From contig JAHRHZ010000062.1 in the NCBI GenBank assembly GCA_024137785.1, positions 35,565,232 to 35,629,231 on the forward strand: a stretch of 64,000 nucleotides of DNA. The letters are read 5' to 3'. Numbering within the stretch: the first letter of the stretch is position 1; each line of letters begins with the position of its first letter. Shown here one piece after another: positions 51,241 to 64,000 of this stretch. The position numbers and the translations under genes were made by a program. The notes beneath the pieces were generated by a model. That model was given only the letters and a program-made list of their open reading frames with translations, was not told where the DNA came from and searched no databases. This DNA comes from Ginglymostoma cirratum (lineage: Eukaryota).

Positions 51241-53269
51241 ATTCTGGGATAGTGTGACAGTGGTAAGATGGAGAGAGATGGAGTCTATAGATAAGAAGGC
51301 AATGTTGGCATGTTACAGATAGAAGACTAGCTGGGCCTCTCAGGATGAATCACTCCATGAAACTCAACAAAACCGACACTTAGCCAAAGAAATGTATGAT
51401 TCAGTCTTGTATCTTTGGTTCAACACTCAATCTGACTTTGGAGACAAGCAGTGAGAAAGAGCTGCAGCATAACTCAATCAGGATAACAAGCCAGGTTTAC
51501 AAAATACAGCAGGCATTCTAAATGCATAAACTGCATGTAACAAACTTCGAACAAAACTCTTGACACTTTTTCAATGCATATCGAAGTATTATGGCATGTT
51601 TCAGAACTTGACAATCTATACCTGAGCCATGGCACATAAACAAGGTCTTCCTGCGCTGTTAATAACTTTTGTGATTCTTGATTGCGTTGACATGAAAGAA
51701 TTTTTTTTCCTCTAAAATATAATGCAAGTACAAATAATTTGGCTCAAACGTTTGAAAAATACTGAAACAGTCCCAGTGTGTTTGTTAAGCTTATTTTTTT
51801 TTTATATCATTGTGTCAGAGAATCACAGAACCATTGTACTTGCCCATAGAATTGTCCAATTAATCACACTGTCCTGCTTTCTCCCTACATCCCCACAGTT
51901 TCTTTCTGAAAGTGACTAAATGTGCTGTACCACCTTTCAAATGCTATATTCCAGATCACAGTTAATCTTTGTGTTTAAAAACAAATCACCTCACCACTAC
52001 ACTAACAGCATTTAAGCATCCAGAAAGGAAAGCAATTACCACTGGATGGATCACAAGTTCCGTCAGACCCTACAGGAATCCAGGGTTACTTTACTAAATC
52101 TGCATAATGTTGTAGGAGACAATCTGATTAGAGAGGGAAGTAGGACACAAAGACCTCAAAGTAAAAGCTGAAAATAGAGCTGTGATTAGTTTCTCCAGGT
52201 ACCATGGTGATCTCAACTGTTGAACAGTTCCCACAGATTTATTGGGATTATAAATATTGTATTTAACCACAAAGTCAATGTTGGTTTGAAAGCACAGATG
52301 CCTAATGGTAGTTTGTTTTAAGCTCCACTCATTACAATTTAACTCTAAAATCTCTGCTATTGTAACAGATTAATTAACTTTGAAGAAATGGAAGCAATAA
52401 AAGTTGTTATAAAATATCTTCAATACTGAACCTAAGGAGGCAAAAAGCAGTGCTTCAAAATTATAGCTCACACAGTGAAGATTGATACTGCCTCGAATAC
52501 CGAGAGAAGCCATCAGTCAGTGCACTGCTGAGACATGGGATTTCCATGGCAACCTTTCAGCTTTCCACTCCATCAGTAAATACTGCGATATAGCAATCCT
52601 TGAACAACATTTAAAACCAGGCTATTCTATAGTTATTGCTTTTCAATATTCAAAAGGACATTTATCATGGATTTCATTCCACTAATAAACCAAAATTTTT
52701 ACTAGGATTCAAGTATAAGTGAATGGTAAAGATCCATATGAAACATGTCAGAGGAACATTGGCTTTTCAACCTTCAAATTCTTGATTCATTTCAACAATG
52801 TTATCTTCTGTACACATTTCCAAACAAATTTCTTAATGAACAAAACTCCAAAATTTTGATTACTCCTGATTTACCTCAAGTTTATTCTGGTATCCCCAAC
52901 CCAGAATACTTCAACATTTCTTGAACCACTGATAGCTGATAATCCTTTGTGGCATTTGCCATTTTCTTACAGATTACTATTTGTGACGGGCGTCATATTG
53001 CATGTTCGTTTTGGAAGTTTAATTGAAATTTCATCAAATCCATCTTTATTTAATACCCTAAAGGTGAAACATAAAGCTGGATCTTTGTGTTTTGTATCCA
53101 GTTAAATGTCACATGCCATGTATAAAAATAATTAACCTGACCTTAGACCTGTTTTTATTTTTTGATGAATTGTTTTTTATGACATCACTGGCACACTTCT
53201 CTACACTTAATTTCCATAATAATTTTTCACTTTTTTTATGTCCAAGTCCTGATTTCTGCACAAGGGATT

Positions 53270-53645
53270 CAGCCTGGGCTTGATGATAGCACTTTCACCT
53301 CTGTGTCTGAGTTTCGAACACATAATCTAAGCTGTCAGTTCATTGTGGGAGTGCTGTCTTTCAAATGAGATATTTAATCAAGGCTCCCACTGCCACCTCA
53401 AGTCAGCATAAAAGAGCTCATGGTGTTGTTGAAAGATGTCATGGGATGTTTTCTCTGGTATCCACACCAATATTTATCCTTCAACCAATGTCACTAAAAT
53501 AGATAATTTGGTTATTTGACTCCCTGCTGTGGGATTTTATAGTTTCCAACTTGGCTACCTTTAAAGACTGTGCTTTAAGAGTGCCTCATTGGCTGTGAAG
53601 CTTTGGGATGTGAACGGTGCAATACAAATTGTCAATTCTTTCTTG
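53270..53645 (+). mobile_element. Deu-domain SINE
   Basis: 'ccaatatttatccttcaaccaatgtcactaaaatagataatttggttat...cattggctgtgaagctttgggatg'. Confidence 0.8.
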
Positions 53646-55946
53646 AACATCAGTTGAGGTTTGTAATTTGTGTTCTCAGTGAACACGTTGCCATCTTATT
53701 GTGAGTAGTGAAACAATACCGCTTTGGGGAAGGAACAAGCATTCCTACTTCTAAGATACCTTTCCCTGTTCAAAATGAGAGCAACATTAAAGTTGTCTGT
53801 ATCTGAGAACATGATCCTTATCCAAAAGGACATGCAAAAGCAATTAATTGTGAAGGTGATACTAAATATAAAAAAGAAAGATATATCATTGATTTGAAAA
53901 GGTTGCCACAGACGTAGCTATGGCAGAAATAAGAAATGAAGAATGTAGCTGCAGTGAAAATTGGGTTCCCATGAGGACTTTTGTTTCTTTTGAAACAGTC
54001 AGAGAGGCAAAGAAAGCAGTTTACCCCAAAAGATTCAAAAGGTAATTGAATATGTATTCACGCTATGACTACCATTTGCTTCCTCCTGCCCTCCCGTTCC
54101 CCATTCCTTCCACGGACTTTGTGATGATCCCTCACTCAATTAACCCCTCCTCCATTTATAATTCCGGGATTTCCTTTGCTTTTTGCTTCAATTCTTTTGA
54201 ATTATTCAGTAGGTGAATATACAAAGTGTTGAAAGGCATTTAAATTTAGACACATTTTGGTGCTTGGGTTCAATTGATGCAGCCACCGATTAGCAGCAAG
54301 AGTTTTGTTTGAAAATTAATGTGTTTTCTTCAGGAAATGGAAGGGTAAACAAACTGGTTGAATGGCAGTGAGTTATTTTTTCTCCCAACATGATTGGAAC
54401 TTAAAAAATATTCCTTGCAGGGGCAAATATAACGTTACAAAGAAGTCCTTTCATTGTGTTTGTTTTTAAATCCATTAACTTGTCTGTAACAATTTTAATG
54501 AGGCAACTGTTTGGAGCATAGAGCATTCCTCTGGCAGATAGCTGAGGCCAGATGCTGCGCTCCTTTGATGTTTTCTGTCAGTGTTAGAGCAGATGATCAG
54601 GTCCTCTGGGTTTCACTGAAATACAAGTTTTCTGTCAGACCACATCTGTTTCATGGCTTCAAATACAGATGTAAATGTATCTCTGCATTAAACACCTCCA
54701 AACGAAAAGTACTAATCAATGTAATCCCTTCAGAAAGGGTAATAACGATAACTATGAAGTAGAATTGCATCTACTTGATGGAACGGTTAACAAACAATTA
54801 TTGTTAAGTAATTTGAATTGTCACTACTTATCTGAAAGACAATGCTAAATAACTTACTTCAAGGAGCAGCTGAGTTTGAAGACAAATGTCAGGGCTTTTA
54901 GCTAAAGCTGGTAACTGTAAAGAGTGTACACTGCATATCTTGCACCTTGTTTTATAACAATATAATTCAAATTGGAACTTAGCTACAACGTAGTAGAACA
55001 TTGGCTCATCATTACTGTTTGTTAGAAAGGGTTTGGAGGCATGTGCACCTAATATTTTCTCAAGATTAAGAAATAGTAATGCACTGTTTTCCATCACAAA
55101 CCTGCCTGCAAAGATTTGCCCTTTCCTTCTTTCTCAACAAGTAAATGCCTTTATATTGATGGTTGATAATGTGAGGGAGAGTTACTGAATCCTAGTGATA
55201 AAGTTCCCACAGCAGATGCCATTTTTGTAAACGCACTCAATTCTTTGCAGGATAAAATTGCCATAGTAATATGTATATTTCAATACTAAGCAGATGAATA
55301 GGCCTGTAGTCTTAATAGTGCTTGTACTTGTGATTAGCATCTTCCCTAAGATGGTATGACCCATTTAAATTATTTGAGACAGAGATTGCTGAGGTAGCCT
55401 GCCACTGATGACAGTTCTCCACACCAGCCCAATGAAAAATTAGTGGAAGTTATGAGCAGGTTAGAATGTCAACTTCTGCATTTCATATTGTAATGAGTTT
55501 AGCCCTGGACCAGTACCTGATTGTTTATAAAGCAGGCCATCACCTCTGTATTTCTTCTTGATTTTTTGAGAGCTGTATCTTTATATAAACATGAGCAATA
55601 TTTTATTCCCACAGTAACTGTCCTTACAATATTTAAAACACATACCACCGAGAAGAAGCATAACTAGTTTTTCAACCCACAGGCAGATATGCTAGAAATC
55701 ACTCATGGTATTTTTTTTAAACAGATTAAATGAAATGAAATGAAGGTATCCAAAAAAATTGCTTTTTTTTTCTGAATAACAGTACTAGGTTTTCTTAAAT
55801 TATAAATTTGATTTTGTAGATTATACTGCACTCATTGTTTTTAATTGAAAAAACATACGATGCTGATTGGTGGAAAAAGATCATTTATTTTTCCTGTACA
55901 CTGTGTTTTTTTTTTAAATGGTATTTTAGGGTAGAGTTAATTCACT

Positions 55947-56297
55947 TAAAAGCAAAATAACGTAGATGCTGGAACACAGAGTGCTGGAGAAACTCAGCAG
56001 ATCTGGCAGCAGCTGTGGTGAGAGAAACAGAGTATATATTCTGAATCCAGTATGACTTCTTCTGAATAAAAACCAAAAGAACTGCGGGATGCTGTAAATC
56101 GGGAACAAAAACGGAAGTTGCTAGATAAGCTCAGCAGGTCTGGCAGCACCTGTGAAGAAAAAAAATCAGAGTTAACGTTTCTGGTTCGGTGACCCTTCCC
56201 TTCTGTTTTTGTTCATGATTTCTTCTGAACTGGACAATTCCACAGATGCTGCCAGACCTGCTGACCTTCTCCAGCATTTTCTGTGTTTATTTTGGAA
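55947..56297. mobile_element. Nested short Penelope-terminus elements; inner family A copy at 56067-56214
   Basis: Outer TSD ttaattcact (55937-55946 / 56298-56307); inner TSD atga(c/t)ttcttctgaa (56052-56066 / 56215-56229). Confidence 0.85.
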
Positions 56298-56783
56298 TTA
56301 ATTCACTATTGTCTTGGCGATTATTTAAAGTAGGTGCCAATATTATGGTGGCCTTAAACAGTGCACGTTGCTGTTATTAATGATCCCATCTATCCTTGAA
56401 TGTATGACCACTGTGCCTATTTCCTATGCATGGTTCATTTGTATTATTATCTAGCATTTGATTCTCATCCCTAATGTGGAACTTCATCCACACCAATTGG
56501 CTCTGCTCCCAGTTGCTGTCATCTTGCCTGGAATATAAATACAAGAATGCCCTCAGGAAGTGTACCTGGATGGCAAAGTACTAAACCTGTACAACAGTTG
56601 TAATCAAGTTGTTCGTAGATCTCATTAATAAATAGACTGGGGCAATATGAGGAGGATAAAGGCAATATGTCCATCATTTTTCCAACATTCAAAACCCATA
56701 AGTCTCCAATTTTCTCTGATGGTGAACAAGTGATCAGGAAAACAGAATTTCCATTCACTAAGTGTTCTCGATTGCTTGTGATG

Positions 56784-56986
56784 TGGAGGTGCTGGTGTTG
56801 GACTGGGGTGGGCAACGTCAGCAGTCACACGACACCAGGTTATAGTCCAACACGTATATTTGAAATGACAAGCTATCAGGACACTGCTCCTTCGTCAGGT
56901 GAAGTGCTTCACCTGATGAAGGAGCAGCACTCTGAAAGCTTGTCATTTCAAATAAATCTGTTCTACTATAACCTGGTATCGTGTCA
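56784..56986. mobile_element. Fold-back Penelope-type terminus (family C) with two head-to-head hammerhead motifs
   Basis: 13-bp TSD attgcttgtgatg (56771-56783 / 56987-56999); arms 56827-56904 / 56907-56984. Confidence 0.88.
56910..56944 (+). ncRNA. Minimal hammerhead ribozyme motif (family C)
   Basis: CAC CUGAUGA A GGAG cagca CUCU GAAA GC UU GUC, with palindromic AAGCUU in place of stem III. The mirror copy on the minus strand has GAUA instead of GAAA. Confidence 0.7.
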
Positions 56987-57439
56987 ATTGCTTGTGATGG
57001 AGGGGAAGGTCACAGATACTACCTACAGTCAGCTACAGTCCAAAGCAAACTTGTTGCAAATAGAGAATTGAGAAACATTATCTATATAGATACTCCGATC
57101 ATGCTGACCCAGCGAAATCAGATTTCATTATTGGCAGGGGAGGACAAGACACAAGTCAGCAAACGTTGAAGAAGATAAATTGACAGTTTAGTATCGGAAC
57201 CATGCTTAGGGCAGATGATTAAGATTTTGGATTCTAAACAGGAATTGATCCCTGAGTAACTCAGTGGAAGAGGCATTGAATGGATTCAGGCTGAATCAAT
57301 GCATCAGCTGACTTCTCCCAGTGCCGTAGTATCAGTGTTTGGTGAGAGCAGACTCAGCATCAGTCTACATTTATGGGTACAGAAAGTCAGTTGGAACATC
57401 GGAAGAGAAAAGCAAAAATTGAAAAAGGAACATCTGATT

Positions 57440-57740
57440 CAAGAAAGACTTCCAATTGTGCAGCATCTTTCATGATCTCAGGACATCTCAAAGTAGAAAA
57501 CACATCTGTCACTTTGAACACAGCAAATTTACATGACCAGAAATGTGGTAGTAATAAGATCATCTGTTTTGGGCCGGTTTGTTGAAGGTTAAATATTGAT
57601 CAGTCACTGACGATAGCTCTGTTGTCCTTTTTGGTAGAGGGCAAACAAAGACTAAGGTTAATAGTTCATCCAAATGATAGCCATCTCTGAAATCACTGCA
57701 ATGCGTAGGTGTGTGAGCATGGATTATGACCTGTGCAGAC
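57440..57740 (-). mobile_element. Deu-domain SINE, internally deleted
   Basis: 'aagaaagact...tttcatgatctcaggacatctcaaag...gttgaaggttaaatattg...atccaaatgatagccatctctga'. Confidence 0.65.
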
Positions 57741-57745
57741 TGAGT

Positions 57746-58906
57746 AGAGATGGTCAACGTTGCTTTGTGCATGGGAAATTGTGTCTCACAAACTTGATTA
57801 ATTTTTTGGAAGAAGTGACAAAAGATTGATGAGGGCAGAATGGTAGACGTTGTCTGTATGGACTTCAGCAAAGCGTTCGACGAGTTTTCGCACGGTTGAC
57901 TAGTTATTAAGGTTAGAACACATGGGACCCAGAGGGAGGTAGCCAATTAGATGGAAAATTGGCTTGAAGGTAGGAGACAGAAGTTGGTGGTAGAGGGTTG
58001 CTTTTCAAACTGCAGGTCTGTGATCAGCGGTATACCACAAGGATCAGTGCTGGATCCACTGTTTTTTGTCATTTTATACAAGTGATTTGGATATGAATAG
58101 AGGAGATATGGTCAGTAAGTTTGCAGATGACACCAAAATAGGTGGTGTAGTGCACAGTGAAGAAGATTATCTTAGAGTACGATGGGCCAGTGGGCCGAGG
58201 ATTGGCAGATGGAGTTTAATTTAGACAAATGTAAAGTATTGCAATTTGGTAAGGCAAACCAGGGGTACAGGCGCATAGTTCCTTGAAAGTGGAATCGTAT
58301 GTAGACAGGGTAGTAAAGAAGGTGTTTGGCGCACTCGCCTTGATTGGCCAGAAAATTGAGTATGGGAGTGGGAATGTCATGGTGCAGCTTTACAAGACAT
58401 TGGTGAGGCCACTTAGAGAACTGCATACAATTCTGGTTGCCCTTCTATAGAAAGGATGTTTTTAAACTTGACAGGGTGCTGAAAAGATTTACAAGGATGT
58501 TGTTTGACTTGTATGGAGAGGCTGAATAGGCTGGGGCTTTACTCCTTGGAGGGTCAGAGGCTGAGGGCTGATCTCATCAAGGTTTGTAAAATCATGAGGA
58601 GCATGGATAGTGTAAATAGCTGAGGTCTTTTCCTCAGGTGGGGGAGTCCAAAACTGGGGGGTATAGTTTAGGTGATAGGGGAAACATTTAAAAAGGACCT
58701 GAGGGGTAGCCTTAACATGCAGAGGGTGGTGCAGAAAGGAAACGAGGTGTTAGAGAAAGTGGTGGAGGCGTGTACAAATACAAGATTTAAAAGGCATTTT
58801 AATGGGTACATGATTAGAAAGGGTTGAGGGGGATATGGGCCATATGTTGGCAAATGGGACTATGTCAGATTGGGATGTCTGGTCAATGCAGATGAGTTGG
58901 ACTGAA
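57746..58906 (+). mobile_element. 5'-truncated CR1 LINE (RT domain to 3' UTR); its tail resumes at 60833-60865
   Basis: Motifs CLTNLI.F, VDVV.MDFSKAFD, PQGSVL.P and KFADDTK, with frameshifts; terminal 'gggtctgtttcc..tgactgtatgagt' follows the Penelope insertion. Confidence 0.92.
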
Positions 58907-60822
58907 CTCCACTGAACTTATTTCCACCTATCTGGACTCCACCTTTTCCCCCTTGGTCCAGGAACTCCCTATCAATGTCAGTGACACCACCCATGCTCTT
59001 CACCTCCTCCAGAACTTCCAATTCCCCGGCCCCCAACATCTCATTTTTACCATGGACGTCCAGTCCCTATATACCTGCATTCCCCATGCTGATGGCCTAA
59101 AGGCCCTCCGCTTCTTCCTGTCCCGCAGGCCCGACCAGTCCCCCTCCACTGACACCCTCGTCCGCTTAGCTGAACTCATCCTCACACTCAACAACTTCTC
59201 TTTCAATTCCTCCCACTTCCTACAGACAAAGGGGGTGGCCGTGGGTACCCGCATGGGCCCAAGCTATGCCTGGTTCTTTGTAGGATATGTGGAACAATCC
59301 CTCTTCCAAAACTACACCGGTACTATCCCCATCTCTTCCTCCGTTACATTGATGACTGTTTCGGCGCTGCCTCGAGCTCCCACGAGGAGCTCGAACAGTT
59401 CATCCACTTCACCAACATCTTCCACCCCAAGCTTAAGTTTACCTGGACCATCTCTAATACTTCTCTCTCCTTCCTGGACCTCTCTGTCTCCATCTCTGGC
59501 CTCCACCTGGAAACCGATATCCATTTTAAGCCTACCGACTCCCACAACTACCTAGAATACACCTCCCCCCACCCACCTTCCTGTAAAAATGCCGTCCCCT
59601 ATTCCCAATTCCTTCGCCTCCGCCGCATCTGCTCCCGAGATGAGGCATTCCACTCCCGAACATCCCAGATGTCCTCATTTTTCAAGGACTGCAACTTACC
59701 CTCCACAGTGATCGAAAATGCCCTCGACCGTGTCTCCCGCATTTCCCGTAACTCATTCCCCACACCCCCTACCCGCTATAATAACCAAAACAGAATCCCT
59801 CTCGTCCTCGCATACCACCCCACCAACCTCCGAATCCAACACATTATTCTCCGACATTTCCGCCATCTGCAATCTGACCCCACTACTAAAGATATTTTTC
59901 CCTCCCTACCCTTATCTGCTTTCCAGAGGGACCACTCTCTCCGTGACTCCCTGGTCCGCTCCACACTCCCCTCCAGCCCTACCACCCCTGGCACTTTTCC
60001 CTGCAACCAAAGCAAATGCTACACCTGCCCCCACACCTCCCTCCTCACCCCCATCCCAGGCCCCAAGAAGACCTTCCACATCAAACAGATGTTCACCTGC
60101 ACATCTGCTAATATGGTATACTGCATCCACTGTACCCGTTGTGGCCTCCTCTACATCGGGGAAACCAAGCGGAGGCTTGGGGACCGCTTTGCGGAACACC
60201 TACGCTCAGTTCGCAACAAACAACTACACGTCCCAGTCGCGAACCATTTCAACTCGGCCACCGCACCCCACCCCACCCCACCGCTCCTCGGACGACATGT
60301 CCATCCTGGGCCTCCTGCATTGCCACAGTGATGCCACCCGAAAGCTTCAGGAACAGCATCTCATATTTCGCTTGGGAACCCTGCAACCCAAGGGTATCAA
60401 TGTGGACTTCACAAGCTTCAAAATCTCCCCTCCCGCGACGACACCCCAAAACCAGCCCAGCTCGTCCCTATCTCCCTAACCATTCCTCCCACCTCAAGCC
60501 CCACCCGCATCTCCTACACACTAACCTCATCCCGCCCCCTTGACCTGTCCATCCTCCCTGGACTGACCTATCCCCCACCTAAATACCGACCTACATTCAC
60601 CTTCACTGGCTCTAACCCCGCCTCTTTGACCTGTCTGTCTCCTCTCAACCTATCTTCTCCTTTCTCCATCTTCTATCCACCTCCCCCTCTCTCCCTATTT
60701 ATTTCAGAATCCCTTTCCCCTCCCCCATTTCTGAAGAAGGGTCTCTACCTGAAACGTCAACTTTCCTGCTCCTCTGATGCTGCTTGGCCTGCTGTGTTCA
60801 TTTAGTTCCACAACGTTTTATC
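58907..60822 (+). mobile_element. 5'-truncated Penelope-like retrotransposon: RT, GIY-YIG endonuclease and 3' terminus, with two frameshifts
   Basis: FTMDVQSLYTCIPH, QTKGVAVGTRMGPSYA, RYIDD (YIDD at 59345-59356), FLD, KPTD, VYCIHCTRCGLLYIGETKRRLGDRFAEH, LGTLQPKGIN. 10-bp TSD ttggactgaa (58897-58906 / 60823-60832). Confidence 0.96.
60727..60762 (+). ncRNA. Minimal hammerhead ribozyme motif in the Penelope 3' terminus
   Basis: AUUU CUGAAGA A GGGU cucu ACCU GAAAC GUC AACU, about 60 nt upstream of the element's 3' end. Confidence 0.8.
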
Positions 60823-63800
60823 TTGGACTGAAGGGTCTGTTTCCGTAGTGTGTGACTGTATGAGTGGGACTCAGAACCATAATTATCCTAGTCAAAGTCA
60901 GGAGTACTCCTCACTGAACAAAGGCTGTAATTAAGAAAGGCCCATTTTGGTTCTTAATGCTTTTGTTTCTAACGTTACTGTTTTGGATTAGGAAACATTA
61001 TTTAATTTCCAGTATTTCAAAATGACTGTGTACGTGTGTGCTATGTACATGTCTCAGATTCTACAATCAGTATTAATGAACACAAACTCATAGTCATTGA
61101 ACTGTTTTCTGTTCAGTGGTGAACAAAAGCCTCCAGCTATTCATAGCTTCCCACAAGTCCGTTTTTGGCTTGCATTGGAACATCTTATGATTTTGAAGCT
61201 CTTTTGATCGAAGAAGCTGTTAAGAAAATTATTGGACAACGGAATTAAGAGAGAGAAAAATGAATATAAATACTCTTGTTTAAATCTGAAGCAGTAATTA
61301 AAATCTAAAGGAATGAGACTACACACTTGTTAATTTTCAGTGCCAGAAATATCATTCGGCAGAACTTGTAGTTTACTGGGGACCAGAGCAACTAGAACCC
61401 TGATTTATTGTTAACAACATATTACACTTAATAAAAGTGAGTGCTTATAGCATTGCTTGTTGTTAAATGATAAAGCCCAAGCCACTGTATAATAAAATTA
61501 AGACTGTCTTGAGTAGTTTGTTAATAAGTGTGATTGTCAATGGGGCAGTGATCTTGAAAGGACCTGAAAGGAGATCTTTTGCCTGTGATATCTATGTATT
61601 TGATTGACTGTTTTCATGTGGCGCTAGCACTGGGTTTCAATGATACTACACTTCCCAACCATAACTAATAATATTCCTGTTGTTTTGAATGAGATTTGCA
61701 TATGACCTTTGGCTCATTTTCTTGGTAAATGATTAATTGAGACATTAAATGAGGAGATTCTAAGATTCTGAAAAACCCTACTTAGGTTCTGTGATCAGTC
61801 TACAGATAGCTACTGACAGGCTTGCAACATATTCATTTACATAGTAAATAACATTGAGATGTACTGAGGAATTAGCATAAAATTATTTCTCACAAATATA
61901 TCCATGAATTGGCTTAAGGATCCCAGCTGTGGAATCAAGAACTTGAGTCTGATCAGACAATGGTAGAGAGACTGTCTTCTGATTATTAAATAGTGTCATA
62001 ACTGGCAAACAGTTTAGATTTAAGCGCTTAACAAAGGCTTCCCACGGAGATGGAACAGAAATGCACATAAACAAGCATGGACACTTTAAACAAAATGACT
62101 GAGGGAAATCAGAATCAAGTGTTCTCATTTTGGCACTATAGTGTGGGATTTATTTTGCTCTAGAACTGGACCACCATTTATCCTTTCTGTTCATTTCTTT
62201 ATTCCTCTGATTTATGGCTTTTCGGTTATATATGGAGAAAAATTTTATACTAATGAACGAGTCAGCTGAAAGCATATGTATTAAGTATGATCTGTTCACA
62301 CAATAATCCGAAACACATCCTGAAGTTGTTCGGAACGAGACTATCCACTGGTACAGAATAGCATTATTTTAATGAGAAATTGGCATAAAGCTTTGAAGAA
62401 AAAGTAAACATTTTACTGTGTCTAGGACACACAGATGTTTTGGTTGCAAAATTTAAGATGGGAATTATCATCAGAGATATTGTTTTTCATTCCTTAGCAA
62501 ACTCATATCAAGTTCCCCTCTCCACTAATTTGACAGAGGCTTAGCCCACTTATTCCAAATAGATTAGCGCCTTTGTTGAAACCGTGGAGAGAAGATTTTG
62601 ATGGAGCTTTTTAATCATTTGTTCTGTAACATCACTGAGTCATTCACAGTCACTGTTTTCTTTATGATAAGATTTGAAGCAGACAAATTATTGTATTACG
62701 TTACATAATGTGTTAACAAGCCAATTTTCATTGTAAACTTTGAAGAACAAGGATTGTTTAATTACTAATCATTCCAATAAGTTAATCATTTATATCTTTT
62801 AGTGCACTTGTCCCGTCAAGACTTGTTAAGCATGTTGCTGTTGATGGATTTAGAATTTCAAAATATCTGTTAGTTGGTTTTATTTTGTTCTAATGTTCTA
62901 TTGCCCTGGATGTTTATTCCATTTGAGGCTAATGTACTTTGCTTGATTCTGAAAGATGAGATAGTCAAGCTTTTGAACTGGTCTATGTTGTTCTTTATCA
63001 GGCTACATGAACTGTAATTGAAGCTTTTAATGGCATTTACTTGTTAGCTTTTGTATTGTCTTGTAGGGCTTTCTCTCTCGGTCTCCTGTACTAGCAGGCT
63101 AAGAACTGGTAGACATTGAGTGAGAAATGTTACTTGTTAAAGTGGCAAATAGCTCTTTGGCCTTGAAATTGCTGGGACATGAGTGAGTGGTGGATTGTTA
63201 ACTACTTTGCAGTAATTTAGGGAACATCATCTCAGCTGGATATGATAACTTTCAATAAGTCTTTTGAACTAAATGCCACGTGTGACATGAATTATACTAT
63301 TTATTTGAAATTAGCATCTCTCAGATAAATATAGAACTGAAAAACCTTACTTTTTAAACTGAAGTTTAAACATTCAAGGAGTACAGTTTGTACTGAGGTT
63401 AGTTTTCCTAGTTTTCCCCTGGCCTCATCTCCTGGGCACATGATTTAGTTTTACATGTAGCAGCTAGCCTCTGGTATTTTGCCCAAGTGTTATCCTTGAT
63501 CTGAGAGTCTGGGCAGTGAGTGTTGGCTGACTGTTTTGATCACAGGGAGAAGGTGAGGATGAGGGAGTGGGGTTAACACAATAGAATTTAGTCCAACCTC
63601 TCTCAACATCAACGCGCACAATTTCTAGCAGCGAATCAGGAGGAAAACCCTTGGTGTCCTTTTTTCCAAATATAATGTGGGCCCAGCATATTTTACTTAA
63701 CTTAAAATCAACCCTAAGACTTGTGACTCAGTTTCGCATCAATACTTAGCAAATGAACCAGTAAGGAGCAGACTTAAATTAGGTGAAAGATGGTGGCAGC

Positions 63801-63952
63801 TTTGAAAAATACTCTGGGCCTGCAGATTAAATTTATGAAATGCTTTCAGTTTTATTAAGTCTTCATCCAGCTTGAAAGGTACCTGCTGTAAAAGCTGTTA
63901 CAAACATTTTTTATGCAGTTTAACCTTGATTATGCAGAAGCTAAATTAGAAT

Positions 63953-64000
63953 GAGTTCTGAGGAAGGGTCACCGGACCCGAAACATTAACTCTGTTTTCT
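63953..64000 (+). ncRNA. Hammerhead motif at the start of a family A element, cut by the window edge
   Basis: GAGUU CUGAGGA A GGGUC accg GACCC GAAAC AUU AACUC: perfect 5-bp stems I and II; CG to CA change in the palindrome. Confidence 0.8.

Noticed and set aside
54334-54367. AG...GT-bounded 11-nt or 34-nt candidate exon
   Set aside because: Not frame-preserving and no similarity to known BRSK2 tails.
59000-60449. Minus-strand ORFs over the Penelope element
   Set aside because: Antisense shadows of a C-rich coding strand.

Overview
This is AT-rich vertebrate genomic DNA. The repeat content (CR1 LINEs, Deu-domain SINEs, Penelope elements) points to a shark or other cartilaginous fish (inference). 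The + strand carries four small 3' coding exons of a BRSK2/SAD-A kinase gene (941-1064, 13043-13223, 21467-21556, 23498-23545; KA1 domain and tail), separated by 2-12 kb introns. I could not find the usual '...DEKNG...' last exon in the remaining 40 kb, but there are several candidate alternative C-termini and one candidate 15-nt microexon. Most of the rest is intronic or downstream DNA with CR1, other LINEs, SINEs and Penelope-like elements. One Penelope copy is 5'-truncated but nearly intact (RT plus GIY-YIG, 58907-60822) and sits inside a CR1 tail. The most striking pattern is more than a dozen short (about 90-400 bp) Penelope-terminus insertions in at least three sequence families. Most carry a minimal hammerhead-ribozyme motif (CUGANGA-A-stem II-GAAA-palindrome-UH) and have 10-15 bp target-site duplications. 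Their 5' boundary or fold-back point repeatedly lies at or inside the hammerhead. Almost all ORFs in the supplied track are spurious. All calls are by eye; no database search was run.
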